The notes under the pieces: model-generated | What the model was told of the DNA's origin: nothing | Database searches by the model: none | Seen by the model: the letters and a program-made list of their open reading frames with translations, nothing else | Shown here: positions 1 through 9,495 of the stretch, piece after piece | How the letters are laid out: every line of letters begins with the position of its first letter | Position numbering within the stretch: position 1 is the stretch's first letter | From: Alphaproteobacteria bacterium | Lineage (GTDB): Bacteria > Pseudomonadota > Alphaproteobacteria > Rs-D84 | NCBI GenBank assembly: GCA_017535105.1 | Contig: JAFXUI010000004.1 | Location: 35,952 to 99,951 of the forward strand | Length of the DNA stretch: 64,000 nucleotides | Reading direction: 5' to 3' | Translations under genes and position numbers: made by a program

Positions 1-107
1 ATGCATCGCTTTCGACAACGCAATTATATACCAAGGTAAATATGGCAGAGATAAGTAATATTTATATGCATGCACATCCGCGCGCGCTGGAGGCAAAAGA
101 CGAATAA
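1..107 (+). CDS. xerC: Tyrosine recombinase XerC/XerD, C-terminal end (partial)
   Basis: Frame starting at base 3 reads ASLSTTQLYTKVNMAEISNIYMHAHPRALEAKDE*. This matches the Xer C-terminal (GH)ASLSTTQxYT...AHPRA motif containing the catalytic Tyr. xerC versus xerD is not certain from this fragment. Confidence 0.8.
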   Translation, partial: ASLSTTQLYTKVNMAEISNIYMHAHPRALEAKDE

Positions 108-130
108 AAAACCGCCCGTTTGGGCGGTTT
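106..130. terminator. Bidirectional intrinsic terminator
   Basis: AAAAAACCGCCC-GTTT-GGGCGGTTT between convergent genes. Confidence 0.8.
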
Positions 131-147
131 AATTTTTTAGTTTTTAT

Positions 148-591
148 TTAGTCTTCCATAACTGGTGCGATTGCATCAACAACAGCCGGTTCTTCGACAG
201 GTGCTGGTTCTTCAACAGGTGCCACTGGTTTGTGGTGACGCATAGCTTTCTTTGCCAAACCCATTTCTTTCTTGGTTACACAACCATCGTGATCGATATC
301 AATCATTGGCAATTCTTCTAACATTTTTGGACATTTGATTGATTCAACAACGGCACAACCATTCGCATCAAATTGTACATGTGGTTTTGCCTTGTGCGGA
401 CATACAGGGCAGAAGAACATGTGACCCAAGAACATACCAATCAATAAACTTGCTGTGAATACACAAGTCAAAATCATATTTCTTTTGCGCTTTGTGCAGT
501 GGCAATATGGATCTGGTAATGGAATCTCTTTCATTACAGGTTTTACAGATGTTTTTTTGATTGTTTTTTTAGTTGTTGTTTTCTTTGGCAT
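148..591 (-). CDS. Hypothetical membrane protein with EF-hand-like loop
   Basis: Lys-rich N-terminus, one hydrophobic helix, DIDHDGCVTKKE EF-hand-like motif, Pro/Glu-rich tail; AGGAAGGA RBS upstream. Confidence 0.7.
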   Translation of the reverse strand: MPKKTTTKKTIKKTSVKPVMKEIPLPDPYCHCTKRKRNMILTCVFTASLLIGMFLGHMFFCPVCPHKAKPHVQFDANGCAVVESIKCPKMLEELPMIDIDHDGCVTKKEMGLAKKAMRHHKPVAPVEEPAPVEEPAVVDAIAPVMED

Positions 592-664
592 ATTTTTCCT
601 TCCTTTGTTTTGATTATGACTTCATTGTAAGCAATATAATTTTTTATGTAAAGAAGAAAAAAAT

Positions 665-694
665 AAAAAGGGTTCCCGATGGGGAACCCAATTT
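665..694 (-). terminator. Intrinsic terminator after hup
   Basis: GGGTTCCC-GATG-GGGAACCC hairpin with A-run on the + strand (U-tail on the - strand). Confidence 0.7.
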
Positions 695-714
695 CACACA
701 ATCGAAAAATCGAT

Positions 715-987
715 TTAGTTCAAAGCTTCTTTCAAAGCTTTACCAGGTTTGAACTTTGGCTGGATAGAAGCTGCAATTTTAATTGTAGCACCAGTTTGTG
801 GGTTGCGGCCTGTTGTAGCTTTGCGTTTTGCAGTTGTAAATGTGCCGAAGCCAACCAAGCGAACGTCGCCTTTCTTCTTCAGAACTTTTGTAACTGTGTT
901 GATGAATGCGTCAACGCTTGCAGCAGCTGTTGCTTTTGTAACGTTGATTTCGTTTGCAATTGCTTCAATCAATTGAGCTTTGTTCAT
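715..987 (-). CDS. hup: DNA-binding protein HU
   Basis: MNKAQLIEAIA...LVGFGTF...GRNPQTG...PKFKPGKALKE; AGGAG RBS. Confidence 0.97.
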   Translation of the reverse strand: MNKAQLIEAIANEINVTKATAAASVDAFINTVTKVLKKKGDVRLVGFGTFTTAKRKATTGRNPQTGATIKIAASIQPKFKPGKALKEALN

Positions 988-1029
988 GTGTTTCTCCTTT
1001 TCATTAAATATTTAATTAAGGTGTGTCCC

Positions 1030-1133
1030 GCAGATAATAGGCAATGTCTTTGAAATCTGTTGTACGGTTTCCGCAGTGTTTAACGTTTGCGCAACTCGAA
1101 AATCTTTTATTTCAAGGACATTGCCTGTCCTGC
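1030..1133. ncRNA. Putative structured RNA or hup leader (long terminal stem)
   Basis: TAGGCAATGTCTTTGAAAT (1038-1056) is the near-perfect inverse of ATTTCAAGGACATTGCCTG (1109-1127); lies between the - strand promoter and hup. Confidence 0.4.
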
Positions 1134-1141
1134 TTGTCCGA

Positions 1142-1170
1142 ATCGTAGAGAATTCCGCCACTCAAGTCAA
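1142..1170 (-). promoter_or_regulatory. Sigma70-type promoter for hup
   Basis: TTGACT-17 nt-TACGAT on the - strand. Confidence 0.65.
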
Positions 1171-1213
1171 GTGTATAATTTCAAAAACGCAAAATTATTG
1201 AAAGTTGACAAAA

Positions 1214-1693
1214 TTAGTGTGCATGGACTGCGTCGGCCTTGACCGCGCGTGCGCCCGCTGTATTTGCGTCACACAGTACCCACTGATCCCCAGCGCCACT
1301 TATGCTTACACGGCGGAAATTGTTTGGTGTGACGATAACCAGCATAATAATAACAATCGCCCAGAAAAACCATTTAGTGAATGTCCAAATGTTCTTGAAA
1401 GATTCACGTTTGAACTTGTCGTCCAGCATATTTTGATATAGCTGCCAGCCCCAACCAAACAACAGCAACACCAATCCAAAAAAGAAGCCGGCGAATATGT
1501 AATTTGTAAATGGACGTAGTGATGTGGCAATTGTTGTCCATGTTGAATCGGCCGATGGACATACATATAAAACCTTGTCAATCATGGATTCTGGAATTTG
1601 TGAAACCGCCGGGTCGCCCAATTGCATATTGAAACTTGCGACAATAACAATCGCCGCCAGTGCAACAACAGAATATAACAACCCTTGTTTCAT
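1214..1693 (-). CDS. Hypothetical membrane protein (N-terminal signal/TM plus two TM helices)
   Basis: Three hydrophobic segments, two Cys; AAGGAA RBS. Confidence 0.7.
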   Translation of the reverse strand: MKQGLLYSVVALAAIVIVASFNMQLGDPAVSQIPESMIDKVLYVCPSADSTWTTIATSLRPFTNYIFAGFFFGLVLLLFGWGWQLYQNMLDDKFKRESFKNIWTFTKWFFWAIVIIMLVIVTPNNFRRVSISGAGDQWVLCDANTAGARAVKADAVHAH

Positions 1694-1806
1694 TTCGATT
1701 CCTTATAGACTTATATTATATCACATTTTGTTAGAATGTTGCAATTTTAGATTGAAAGTGATATTTATTACGACTAAAATTGCAGCAACAAAAAATGGGG
1801 AAATAT

Positions 1807-3882
1807 ATGACATATAATGAAATACGTAAGGCGTTTTTAGATTATTTTGAATCGCATGGACATAAAATTGTGCCGTCTGCATCGTTGATACCAAATGATC
1901 CAACGTTGCTTTTTACAGTCGCGGGTATGGTTCCATGGAAGGGTATATTACAAGGTGTTGAACCGGCGTTTGCACCACGTGTTGCAGACGTACAAAAATG
2001 TATTCGTGCGGGTGGGAAGCATAATGATTTGGAAGATGTTGGTTTTGATGGCCGTCATCATACTTTCTTTGAAATGATGGGTAATTGGTCGTTTGGTGAT
2101 TATTTCAAAGAAGAAGCAATTGCGATGTCGTGGGAATTGTTGACAAAGGTATTTGGTCTGGACCCGAATCGCATTATTGTCACAACGCATGTCAGCGATG
2201 ATGAAGCGACAGCAATTTGGAAAAAGGTTGCTGGTAAAGATGCGATTCGTTTGGGCGATAAAGATAATTGGTGGTCGGCAGGCGATACGGGCCCATGTGG
2301 ACCATGCACCGAAATGCATTATGATTTGGGACCAGATGTGCCGGGTGGTTTGCCAGGTTCGGCCGATGAAGGTGACAGATATTTCGAAATTTGGAATGAC
2401 GTATTTATGCAATTTGACAGGGACGCAAACGGCAATTTAACACCATTACCAAAACAAAATGTTGATACGGGTTCGGGTCTGGAACGTGTGGCATCTATAT
2501 TACAGGGCAAGACAGACAACTATGATACCGATGTGTTTGTTGCGCTGAAAAACGCGGTCAGTGATGTAACGGGGGTACGTGAATCAAAAGATAACGTTAC
2601 TTCGTTCAAGGTTATTACCGACCATTTACGTGCGGTTGGTTTTGCAATTGCCGATGGTGTTATTCCATCAAACAGCGATCGTGGTTATGTGATTCGTAGA
2701 ATCTTGCGCCGTGCGATGCGTCATGGACAAATGTTGGGACATCGTGGTGCGTTGTTATCGAAACTGTATCCGGCATTGGTTACAACAATGGGCGATGCAT
2801 ATCCAGAACTTGCACGCGAAGAAAAACGTGTTGTGGAAATTATTGAAAACGAAGAAAACTCTTTTGCCGACATGTTGCAAAATGGTATGAAATTGTTAGA
2901 TGCAGAATTACCAAAAGTGAACAATGCCATCTTGCCGGGTGATGTTGCGTTTAAGTTATTTGATACTTATGGTTTCCCACTTGATTTAACACAAATGATT
3001 TTGCGTGATAAAAATATTGCGGTTGATGTTGCGGGTTTTGAAAAGTGTATGGCGGAACAAAAAGAACGTTCACGTGCCGATACCAAGGGAACACGTACAT
3101 TATGGGAATCGCAATCATTATCAGCAACAGACGATTCGTCAAAGTATGCACCGGACGCACAATTACAATCAAAAGTGTTGGCGATTTTGCGTAATGGTGA
3201 ATTTGTAGATTCAGCCAATGCGGGTGACGAAGTTGAAGTTGCGCTGGATAAAACAAACTTCTATGGAACCCAGGGTGGCCAGGTCGGTGATGCGGGAACA
3301 ATCTTGCGTGATGGCGCACCCGTTATGAACGTGGCCGAAGCCGCACGTGTTGACGGTGTTGTTATACACAAGGGTACATTGGTTGCGGACATTGCGATTG
3401 GTGATACGGTTACAACACAAATAAACGAATCGATGCGTCAGCAAACTGCACGTGCACATACGGCAACGCATTTATTACAAGCGGCATTACAGCAAGTATT
3501 AAATGATGCTGTCGAACAGCGTGGTTCCAAAGTTTCGCCCGATTCGGTTCGATTCGATTTCAGTTATGGTCGTGCCATGACGGCAGAGGAAAAACAGGCG
3601 GTCGAAGATTTGGTTAATAAATGGATCGCCGCTGATATGCCTGTCAAACACGAAGAGATGTCGTTGGAAGAAGCCAAAGCTCGTGGTGCAATGGCATTAT
3701 TCAGCGAAAAGTATGGCGACACGGTTAAGGTGATTACGGCGGGTGATGTTTCGTGTGAACTGTGTGGTGGAACACATATTTATCACACCGGCGAAATTAT
3801 CAAGGCCAAAGTGAATAAAGAAAAATCTATCAGCAGTGGTATTCGCCGTATAACAATGTCGGTTGGAACATTGGCAGAATAG
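1807..3882 (+). CDS. alaS: Alanine--tRNA ligase (lacks the C-Ala domain)
   Basis: DPTLLFTVAGM, RHHTFFEMMGNWSFGDYFK, GPCGPC, DHLR, editing motifs HTATHLL and ELCGGTH; ATG 1807 follows GGGGA. Confidence 0.97.
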   Translation: MTYNEIRKAFLDYFESHGHKIVPSASLIPNDPTLLFTVAGMVPWKGILQGVEPAFAPRVADVQKCIRAGGKHNDLEDVGFDGRHHTFFEMMGNWSFGDYFKEEAIAMSWELLTKVFGLDPNRIIVTTHVSDDEATAIWKKVAGKDAIRLGDKDNWWSAGDTGPCGPCTEMHYDLGPDVPGGLPGSADEGDRYFEIWNDVFMQFDRDANGNLTPLPKQNVDTGSGLERVASILQGKTDNYDTDVFVALKNAVSDVTGVRESKDNVTSFKVITDHLRAVGFAIADGVIPSNSDRGYVIRRILRRAMRHGQMLGHRGALLSKLYPALVTTMGDAYPELAREEKRVVEIIENEENSFADMLQNGMKLLDAELPKVNNAILPGDVAFKLFDTYGFPLDLTQMILRDKNIAVDVAGFEKCMAEQKERSRADTKGTRTLWESQSLSATDDSSKYAPDAQLQSKVLAILRNGEFVDSANAGDEVEVALDKTNFYGTQGGQVGDAGTILRDGAPVMNVAEAARVDGVVIHKGTLVADIAIGDTVTTQINESMRQQTARAHTATHLLQAALQQVLNDAVEQRGSKVSPDSVRFDFSYGRAMTAEEKQAVEDLVNKWIAADMPVKHEEMSLEEAKARGAMALFSEKYGDTVKVITAGDVSCELCGGTHIYHTGEIIKAKVNKEKSISSGIRRITMSVGTLAE

Positions 3883-3887
3883 GGGAA

Positions 3888-3917
3888 TAAAAACCTGGCG
3901 CGATGCCAGGTTTTTTT
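3888..3917. terminator. Bidirectional intrinsic terminator
   Basis: AAAAACCTGGC-GCGAT-GCCAGGTTTTTT. Confidence 0.8.
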
Positions 3918-4626
3918 ATTTTGTTTTTTGATTTCCAACGCCCAATACATAAGTTTGTATTTTTTCGTTGTTCATTATTTGGTTAACCGCAATTTGTATT
4001 TCAGGGTGCGCATCAAGATGGGCTGATATGACTTCTTGGGCCGCTTCAACAGCCTCGGTATCTATTTGAAAACGACCTTTTGGATCATAAGATAACCCAG
4101 CAACCGCCAGTGCGCGCATATAGTCCAGTTTCTCTTGTGGCAGAGTGTTTACAATTAATGCTGCAGCATGCTTGGCGCGTTGAGCAATTTCTTTTGTACA
4201 ATGTTCTTGTTCAAATATTTTTTTGAAATAGCCCTTTGCTAGTTGTTTCGCTGCGCCTTGGAAATCTTTTGATAAAATTTCGCGACACTCTTCAAAACGG
4301 ATTGACAAGATAAGAAGCAAAAGAATATCAACAATAATCATTGTTGAAAAGGCACGTTTCTTTTCAAGCAGTTTTTGTTGAAGTTGCGTTTTGATTAAAT
4401 CTTTTTTATTTAGTTTTTTAATTTTTAATGTGCCAATGCCGAAATTTGCCCCACCAAGAATTATACCCAAAAGCAGACCAAAGATGAAACCGCTGACCAT
4501 TTTGTCGCGACATAAGATTTGTCGCATGTGAATGTATAAATTGACGGACGTTTTACGACGTTCTTTGGCATAGTTATTAAGTGCTAACTTTTCTTCGTGG
4601 GAAAGATTTTTCTTTTGCTGTGTCAT
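3916..4626 (-). CDS. Hypothetical protein with two TM helices, ending NQKTK
   Basis: 236-aa ORF with two hydrophobic segments; no recognisable family. Confidence 0.7.
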   Translation of the reverse strand: MTQQKKNLSHEEKLALNNYAKERRKTSVNLYIHMRQILCRDKMVSGFIFGLLLGIILGGANFGIGTLKIKKLNKKDLIKTQLQQKLLEKKRAFSTMIIVDILLLLILSIRFEECREILSKDFQGAAKQLAKGYFKKIFEQEHCTKEIAQRAKHAAALIVNTLPQEKLDYMRALAVAGLSYDPKGRFQIDTEAVEAAQEVISAHLDAHPEIQIAVNQIMNNEKIQTYVLGVGNQKTK

Positions 4627-4776
4627 TACTGTATTTTTAACGTGTTACAGCGAGATTAGCAACGTCTGATAAATTTGTCAATGTTTGTGTTTGTGTTTAA
4701 AATGTTACGATTTTTGTTGATTTTGGGGCAAAATTTGATATTATTCAATGGCAGAGAGGTCAATGTTCGTTGAATA

Positions 4777-4804
4777 TTGACAAAAATCCCGATTAGTTTT
4801 TAAT
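4777..4804 (+). promoter_or_regulatory. Sigma70-type promoter for rnj
   Basis: TTGACA-16 nt-TTTAAT. Confidence 0.5.
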
Positions 4805-4912
4805 AGGGGAAAACAGCCCGCCGCCGCAGATTCACTACAGATAAAGAATGTTTTCTTTATTGGCAATGGATTGTGCGGTGGCGAAAATGTAAACATAAAT
4901 AAAGGATTATAT

Positions 4913-6742
4913 ATGGTAAGATTACATAAAAAAACTGCCGCGGAAATCGCTGCAGAAAAAGAAGAAGTTGCAGAAGTTGAATCTGCGAAACGTGTTAAAA
5001 AGTCAAAGAAAATCGCCGATGCGCCAAAGCATGAAAGCGATGAAAATGACGACAAAATTTACTTTATGGCATTGGGCGGATTGGAACACATCGGCCAAAA
5101 TATGTATGTTTATAAATACAAAGGTAAATATTTGGTCGTTGATTGTGGTATGGGTTTCTTGGAAGAAGAAATCGGTGCCGGTGACGTTCAATATTGCGAC
5201 ACCACTTGGTTGGAAAAGCATAAAAAGGACGTTGTTGGTTTTGTTATGACCCATGGTCACGAAGACCACATTGGTGCGTTGAAATTTATTTGGCCAAAAT
5301 TCAAAAAGCCAATTTACTGTACACGTTTCCCGGGTGAAATAATCAAGCAAACTTTTGCGGGTCTGGAAATCGATTTGCGTGAAGGCAAAGACTTAATCAT
5401 CTTTGACCACCATGGCGCAACGTTGGATATCAAACCGTTCGAAGTGGAAACTTTCCACGTTTCGCACAGTATTCCAGAAGCACAGATGTTGATTATCAAA
5501 ACCCCAGCAGGCAAGATTTTACACACGGGTGACTGGACATTTAACGATGGCAACCCGATTGAAGAAACAACCGACTATGCGCGTTTGCGTGAAATTGGGT
5601 CCGATCCGAAATTGTTGGCGTGCGCGTGTGATTCAACCGATGCGGATCGTCAAGCACCACAAATAACCGAACTTCAGGTTCGCGATAGTTTGACTGAAAT
5701 TATGAAAAACGCACCGGGTCGTGTTATCGTGACGGGTTATTCACGCAGTATTGCGCGTATGAAAATGTTTGCCGAAGCAGCACATAATGCGGGTCGTATT
5801 GCGGCAATCAAAGAACGCAGTAATCCAAATCCGGTTCCGTATGTGGGATTGCCAGAATTTCGTGAAATGGGAATCGAAATGGGATATCTGAACGGCGACG
5901 ATGTTTATCTGTTTGACGAAATCAAAGATTTGCCGGCAGAAAAACAGGCAATTTATTTGACGGGTTCCCAGGGTGAACAATTTGCTATGTTGACACGTCT
6001 TTGCCGTGGGCATGTAAAAGAAATGAAATTGATGCCAACGGATACGGTCGTGTTCAGTGCGATTATCATTCCGGGCCGTGAACAAGACGTTTCGTTCTTG
6101 TACAACAAACTGGCACGTATGGGTATTAAAACACATACGATATTTGATACCGATAATATCCACGCCAGTGGTCACGCTGGTCGTCCAGAATACGAACGTT
6201 TCTATGATATGGTTCACCCCCAGGTTTCAATTCCAATGCATGGTGAATACATCACTGAAATGTTGAACGGAAAAATGGCGATGGAACGCGGTGGCGCGAA
6301 ATTTATGATGGTTGTTCATAACGGCGAAATGATTGCTCTGTCGGACGGAAACGAACCGTATGTTGCGGAAACAATCGAAACAGGTATGGTCGTTATGGAG
6401 GGTGAAACCGAACGCAGTGCCGATGACCAAGTTTATAAAAACCGCCGCAAAATCGCGACAAATGGCGCGGTGTTTGTGACATTGCCGGTCGATAAACGTG
6501 GTTTCTTGAAGGGTGTGCCAGAGGTTTCCAGTGCTGGTATTTTCGAAACAGATGAAACTGGATTTATGAAACGCCAGATTCAGATTGAAATTACCAAGGC
6601 GATAAACGACCTGACGAAAACTGAACGCAAGAACCAGGATAACCTGTATCGTGCGGTACAAACTGCATCGAACAAGGTTGTTCGTGCGTCACTGGGGGCG
6701 GATAAAAAGCCACAGTATTGCGTACATTTCGTTCTGAAATAA
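4913..6742 (+). CDS. rnj: Ribonuclease J
   Basis: LGGLEHIGQNM, THGHEDHIG, VSHSIPE, HTGDW, GSQGE, HASGH, PMHGE; ATG 4913 follows AAAGGA. Confidence 0.96.
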   Translation: MVRLHKKTAAEIAAEKEEVAEVESAKRVKKSKKIADAPKHESDENDDKIYFMALGGLEHIGQNMYVYKYKGKYLVVDCGMGFLEEEIGAGDVQYCDTTWLEKHKKDVVGFVMTHGHEDHIGALKFIWPKFKKPIYCTRFPGEIIKQTFAGLEIDLREGKDLIIFDHHGATLDIKPFEVETFHVSHSIPEAQMLIIKTPAGKILHTGDWTFNDGNPIEETTDYARLREIGSDPKLLACACDSTDADRQAPQITELQVRDSLTEIMKNAPGRVIVTGYSRSIARMKMFAEAAHNAGRIAAIKERSNPNPVPYVGLPEFREMGIEMGYLNGDDVYLFDEIKDLPAEKQAIYLTGSQGEQFAMLTRLCRGHVKEMKLMPTDTVVFSAIIIPGREQDVSFLYNKLARMGIKTHTIFDTDNIHASGHAGRPEYERFYDMVHPQVSIPMHGEYITEMLNGKMAMERGGAKFMMVVHNGEMIALSDGNEPYVAETIETGMVVMEGETERSADDQVYKNRRKIATNGAVFVTLPVDKRGFLKGVPEVSSAGIFETDETGFMKRQIQIEITKAINDLTKTERKNQDNLYRAVQTASNKVVRASLGADKKPQYCVHFVLK

Positions 6743-6769
6743 AAACACCGCCCAAACGGGCGGTTTTTT
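6741..6769. terminator. Bidirectional intrinsic terminator
   Basis: ACCGCCC-AAAC-GGGCGGT flanked by A and T runs. Confidence 0.8.
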
Positions 6770-6771
6770 AA

Positions 6772-7323
6772 TTAGAATTTTGCGGTAAAGCGCACGCTCG
6801 CACCATCGGAAGAAAACGACGGCCACATACGAATGTTTTCGTTTACAGGACTGACAAAAGCCCATGTGTAAAGTGCCGATACCGCCGCGCCACCCAAAAC
6901 ATCGTGGGTCCAATGCATACGTGTATGAACACGTGAAAATCCGGTGAACAATGCCAAAGCATATGGGAACAATGATTGTTGCCAACCATAACGGCGATGA
7001 ATAAACATTGGGGCGGAAAAAGCACCGGTTGCATGTCCCGATGGAAAAGATTCGTCATTCAGCCCATTTGGACGCTTTTCGTGAATTATACGCGTTTTGA
7101 TAATTTCGGTTGTTAATTGTGCACTTAACATACTTTCCAAATATTGTGCGGTACCTTCCCAGTCTTTTTCAGTCATTGTCATACCTAATGCCCAACCGTT
7201 CGCTAAAAACATTGCGATATCGCCCAAATCGCCAATAGAACGGCGCGCCCACGCATTGTTTTCCACAGATGCAGCAATAAAAAATGCCGAAATTACAGCA
7301 TAAAAGCGGTTGTTTGCACGCAT
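6772..7323 (-). CDS. PAP2-family phosphatase
   Basis: K-x7-RP, SFPSGH and SRVxxxxHWxxDV motifs; ATG 7323 follows GGGGAG. Confidence 0.9.
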   Translation of the reverse strand: MRANNRFYAVISAFFIAASVENNAWARRSIGDLGDIAMFLANGWALGMTMTEKDWEGTAQYLESMLSAQLTTEIIKTRIIHEKRPNGLNDESFPSGHATGAFSAPMFIHRRYGWQQSLFPYALALFTGFSRVHTRMHWTHDVLGGAAVSALYTWAFVSPVNENIRMWPSFSSDGASVRFTAKF

Positions 7324-7508
7324 AAAAACTCCCCAACGTCTGTAAGACAATTAAAGCATATTAGGAATAATTTCGTCAATCTTAAATTATGGTGTTTTTT
7401 CATTTATTTCTTGATTTATGTGTTTTTTCATCCTAAAATACCGCACGCACGCAAGGGTTTTGTGTGTCAATTTGGTGAAAATAATAAACTAAGCCATAAG
7501 GAAAAAAT

Positions 7509-8537
7509 ATGATTGAAAAGAACTGGATGACACTGATTAAGCCAAAAAAACTTAATGTAGTTGTCGATGAAAATAATCCGAATATTGCAACATTGATTGC
7601 GGAACCATTGGAAAAGGGTTTCGGTTTGACATTGGGTACGGCATTGCGTCGTGTGCTTTTGTCTTCGCTTCAGGGTTGTGCGCCAATCTATATCAAGATT
7701 GATGGTGTTCAACACGAATTTTCCAGCGTACCAGGTTGCCGCGAAGATGTGACTGATATTATCTTGAATTTAAAGGGCGTTTATTTCAAGGCCTTGACCG
7801 AAGGTCAACACAAGGCATACTTGAAAGTCAAAGGTCCGGCTGTCGTTACCGCAGGTATGATTGAAACATCGGGCGGTGTCGAAGTTATGAACAAAGATGT
7901 CGAAATCTGCACATTGGATAAGGGTGCAAGTTTTGATATGGAAATCACACTGGGAACCGGTCGTGGCTATGTACCGGCATCACAAAACGCGGGTGATTTA
8001 CCATTGGGTGTTATTCCAGTTGATTCAATTTATTCGCCGATTTTGAACGTGGCAAGCACTGTTACACAAACACGTGTTGGTCAGTCAACGGACTATGATA
8101 AATTGGAATTGGTTGTTAAAACAAACGGCAGTGTTGCACCAGAAGATGCAATCGCTTTTGCCGCACGTATTTTGACAGATCAATTGGTTGTATTTATCAA
8201 CTTTGAAGATCCGGCACAAATCAATGCACCGGCCGAAGACGAAAAGGCCAAAGACGCATTGCCGTTTGATCCAAAATTGTTAAAGCATGTCGATGAATTG
8301 GAATTGTCTGTTCGTGCAAACAATTGTTTAAAGAACGACAAAATCAATTGGTTGGGCGAATTGGTCCAAAAGACCGAAGCTGACATGTTAAAGACACCAA
8401 ACTTTGGCCGCAAGTCATTGAACGAAATCAAAGTTCAATTGGAAGCCATGGGATTGGGTCTGGGTATGGAAGTACCAGGTTGGCCACCAGAAAATATTGC
8501 GGAATTGGCCAAGAAGTATGAAGACCCATACAAATAA
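7509..8537 (+). CDS. rpoA: RNA polymerase alpha subunit
   Basis: [48 protein letters not shown]. Confidence 0.98.
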   Translation: MIEKNWMTLIKPKKLNVVVDENNPNIATLIAEPLEKGFGLTLGTALRRVLLSSLQGCAPIYIKIDGVQHEFSSVPGCREDVTDIILNLKGVYFKALTEGQHKAYLKVKGPAVVTAGMIETSGGVEVMNKDVEICTLDKGASFDMEITLGTGRGYVPASQNAGDLPLGVIPVDSIYSPILNVASTVTQTRVGQSTDYDKLELVVKTNGSVAPEDAIAFAARILTDQLVVFINFEDPAQINAPAEDEKAKDALPFDPKLLKHVDELELSVRANNCLKNDKINWLGELVQKTEADMLKTPNFGRKSLNEIKVQLEAMGLGLGMEVPGWPPENIAELAKKYEDPYK

Positions 8538-8552
8538 GAAAGAGGTTTTGGA

Positions 8553-8693
8553 ATGTCCGAAAACAAAAAGTTAAAGCCAGCAAAAAAACCAGCCAAAGAT
8601 GCATTTATCAACGCAACTGATGGTGTTCGTGGTTTGATTGCAGGTATGCTTCGTCCAATTTTTGGTGTTCCAGAACCAAGAAACCAAAGATAA
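8553..8693 (+). CDS. Small 46-aa protein between rpoA and rplQ (not in the ORF track)
   Basis: AGAGG RBS then MSENKKLKPAKKPAKDAFINATDGVRGLIAGMLRPIFGVPEPRNQR*. Confidence 0.6.
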   Translation: MSENKKLKPAKKPAKDAFINATDGVRGLIAGMLRPIFGVPEPRNQR

Positions 8694-8794
8694 AAACAAA
8701 ACCCGCGATACAGGGGCAACTTTGGTTGCGGGTGTCTCAAAAAATCCCTGAACATACAAAGGGCAGGGCTGAAACAAAATAAAGGAGTAGTCAG

Positions 8795-9361
8795 ATGAGA
8801 CATATGAAAGCAGGTCGCACATTTAACCGCGACACAAACGCTCGCAAAGCTTTGTTTATCGGCTTAGCGAAAAACTTAATTGAACGTGAACAAATCAAAA
8901 CGACTTTGCCAAAGGCAAAAGACTTGCGCAGTGTAGTCGAAAAAATGATTACTCGTGCCAAGGTTGACAGTGTTGCAAATCGCCGTTTGATTGCATCTGA
9001 ATTGGGTAATGGTTCGGACGCAACAGTTAAAAAATTGTTCGCGGTTTTGGGCCCACGCTATGCGAAACGCAATGGTGGTTATACACGCGTGTTAAAGGCG
9101 GGCTTCCGTTATGGCGACGCGGCACCAATGGCGATTATTGAATTGGTTGATCGTGACGAAAGTGCAAAGAAATCTGCACCAAAGGCAGTTGCAGCCGAAG
9201 CAAAAGCAGAAGTTGCAACCGAAGAAAATGCCGAAGCGAAAAAAACAGCAGCCAAGAAAGCACCAGCAACCAAAGTTGCAAAAGAAGCCGCACCAAAAGC
9301 GGTCAAGGCAACAGGTGCCAAAAAAGAAGTTGCGGTTAAACGTCGCGCGACTGGAAAATAA
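8795..9361 (+). CDS. rplQ: 50S ribosomal protein L17 with Ala/Lys-rich C-terminal extension
   Basis: MRH...IKTTLPKAK...[10 protein letters not shown]...[13 protein letters not shown]; AAGGAG RBS. Confidence 0.97.
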   Translation: MRHMKAGRTFNRDTNARKALFIGLAKNLIEREQIKTTLPKAKDLRSVVEKMITRAKVDSVANRRLIASELGNGSDATVKKLFAVLGPRYAKRNGGYTRVLKAGFRYGDAAPMAIIELVDRDESAKKSAPKAVAAEAKAEVATEENAEAKKTAAKKAPATKVAKEAAPKAVKATGAKKEVAVKRRATGK

Positions 9362-9378
9362 TCTTGGTTAAAGAAAAA

Positions 9379-9406
9379 TAAACGGGGCAATCGCCCCGTT
9401 TTTTTA
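9379..9406 (+). terminator. Intrinsic terminator
   Basis: AAACGGGGC-AATC-GCCCCGTTTTTTT. Confidence 0.85.
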
Positions 9407-9495
9407 TGTCTGTTTTTTGGCACTAAATGCAAAATATTGTTTTTAATATTGCTGATTTTATGATAAAATTAGTAAAACGGGAAAGGGGATTTTGT

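Noticed and set aside
1030-1160. tmRNA, SRP RNA or 6S RNA
   Set aside because: ADNRQCL* lacks the Ala-Ala tag end and there is no tRNA-like CCA domain; no SRP GGAA-loop motif; the 6S central-bubble architecture is not evident.
9427-9495. Extended N-termini in the ORF track (also 1780, 4871, 13504, 23017, 28112, 31491, 39703, 40112, 59232, 61194)
   Set aside because: Downstream ATGs give proper RBS, signal peptides or family-consistent starts; the upstream extensions cross promoters or neighbouring genes.
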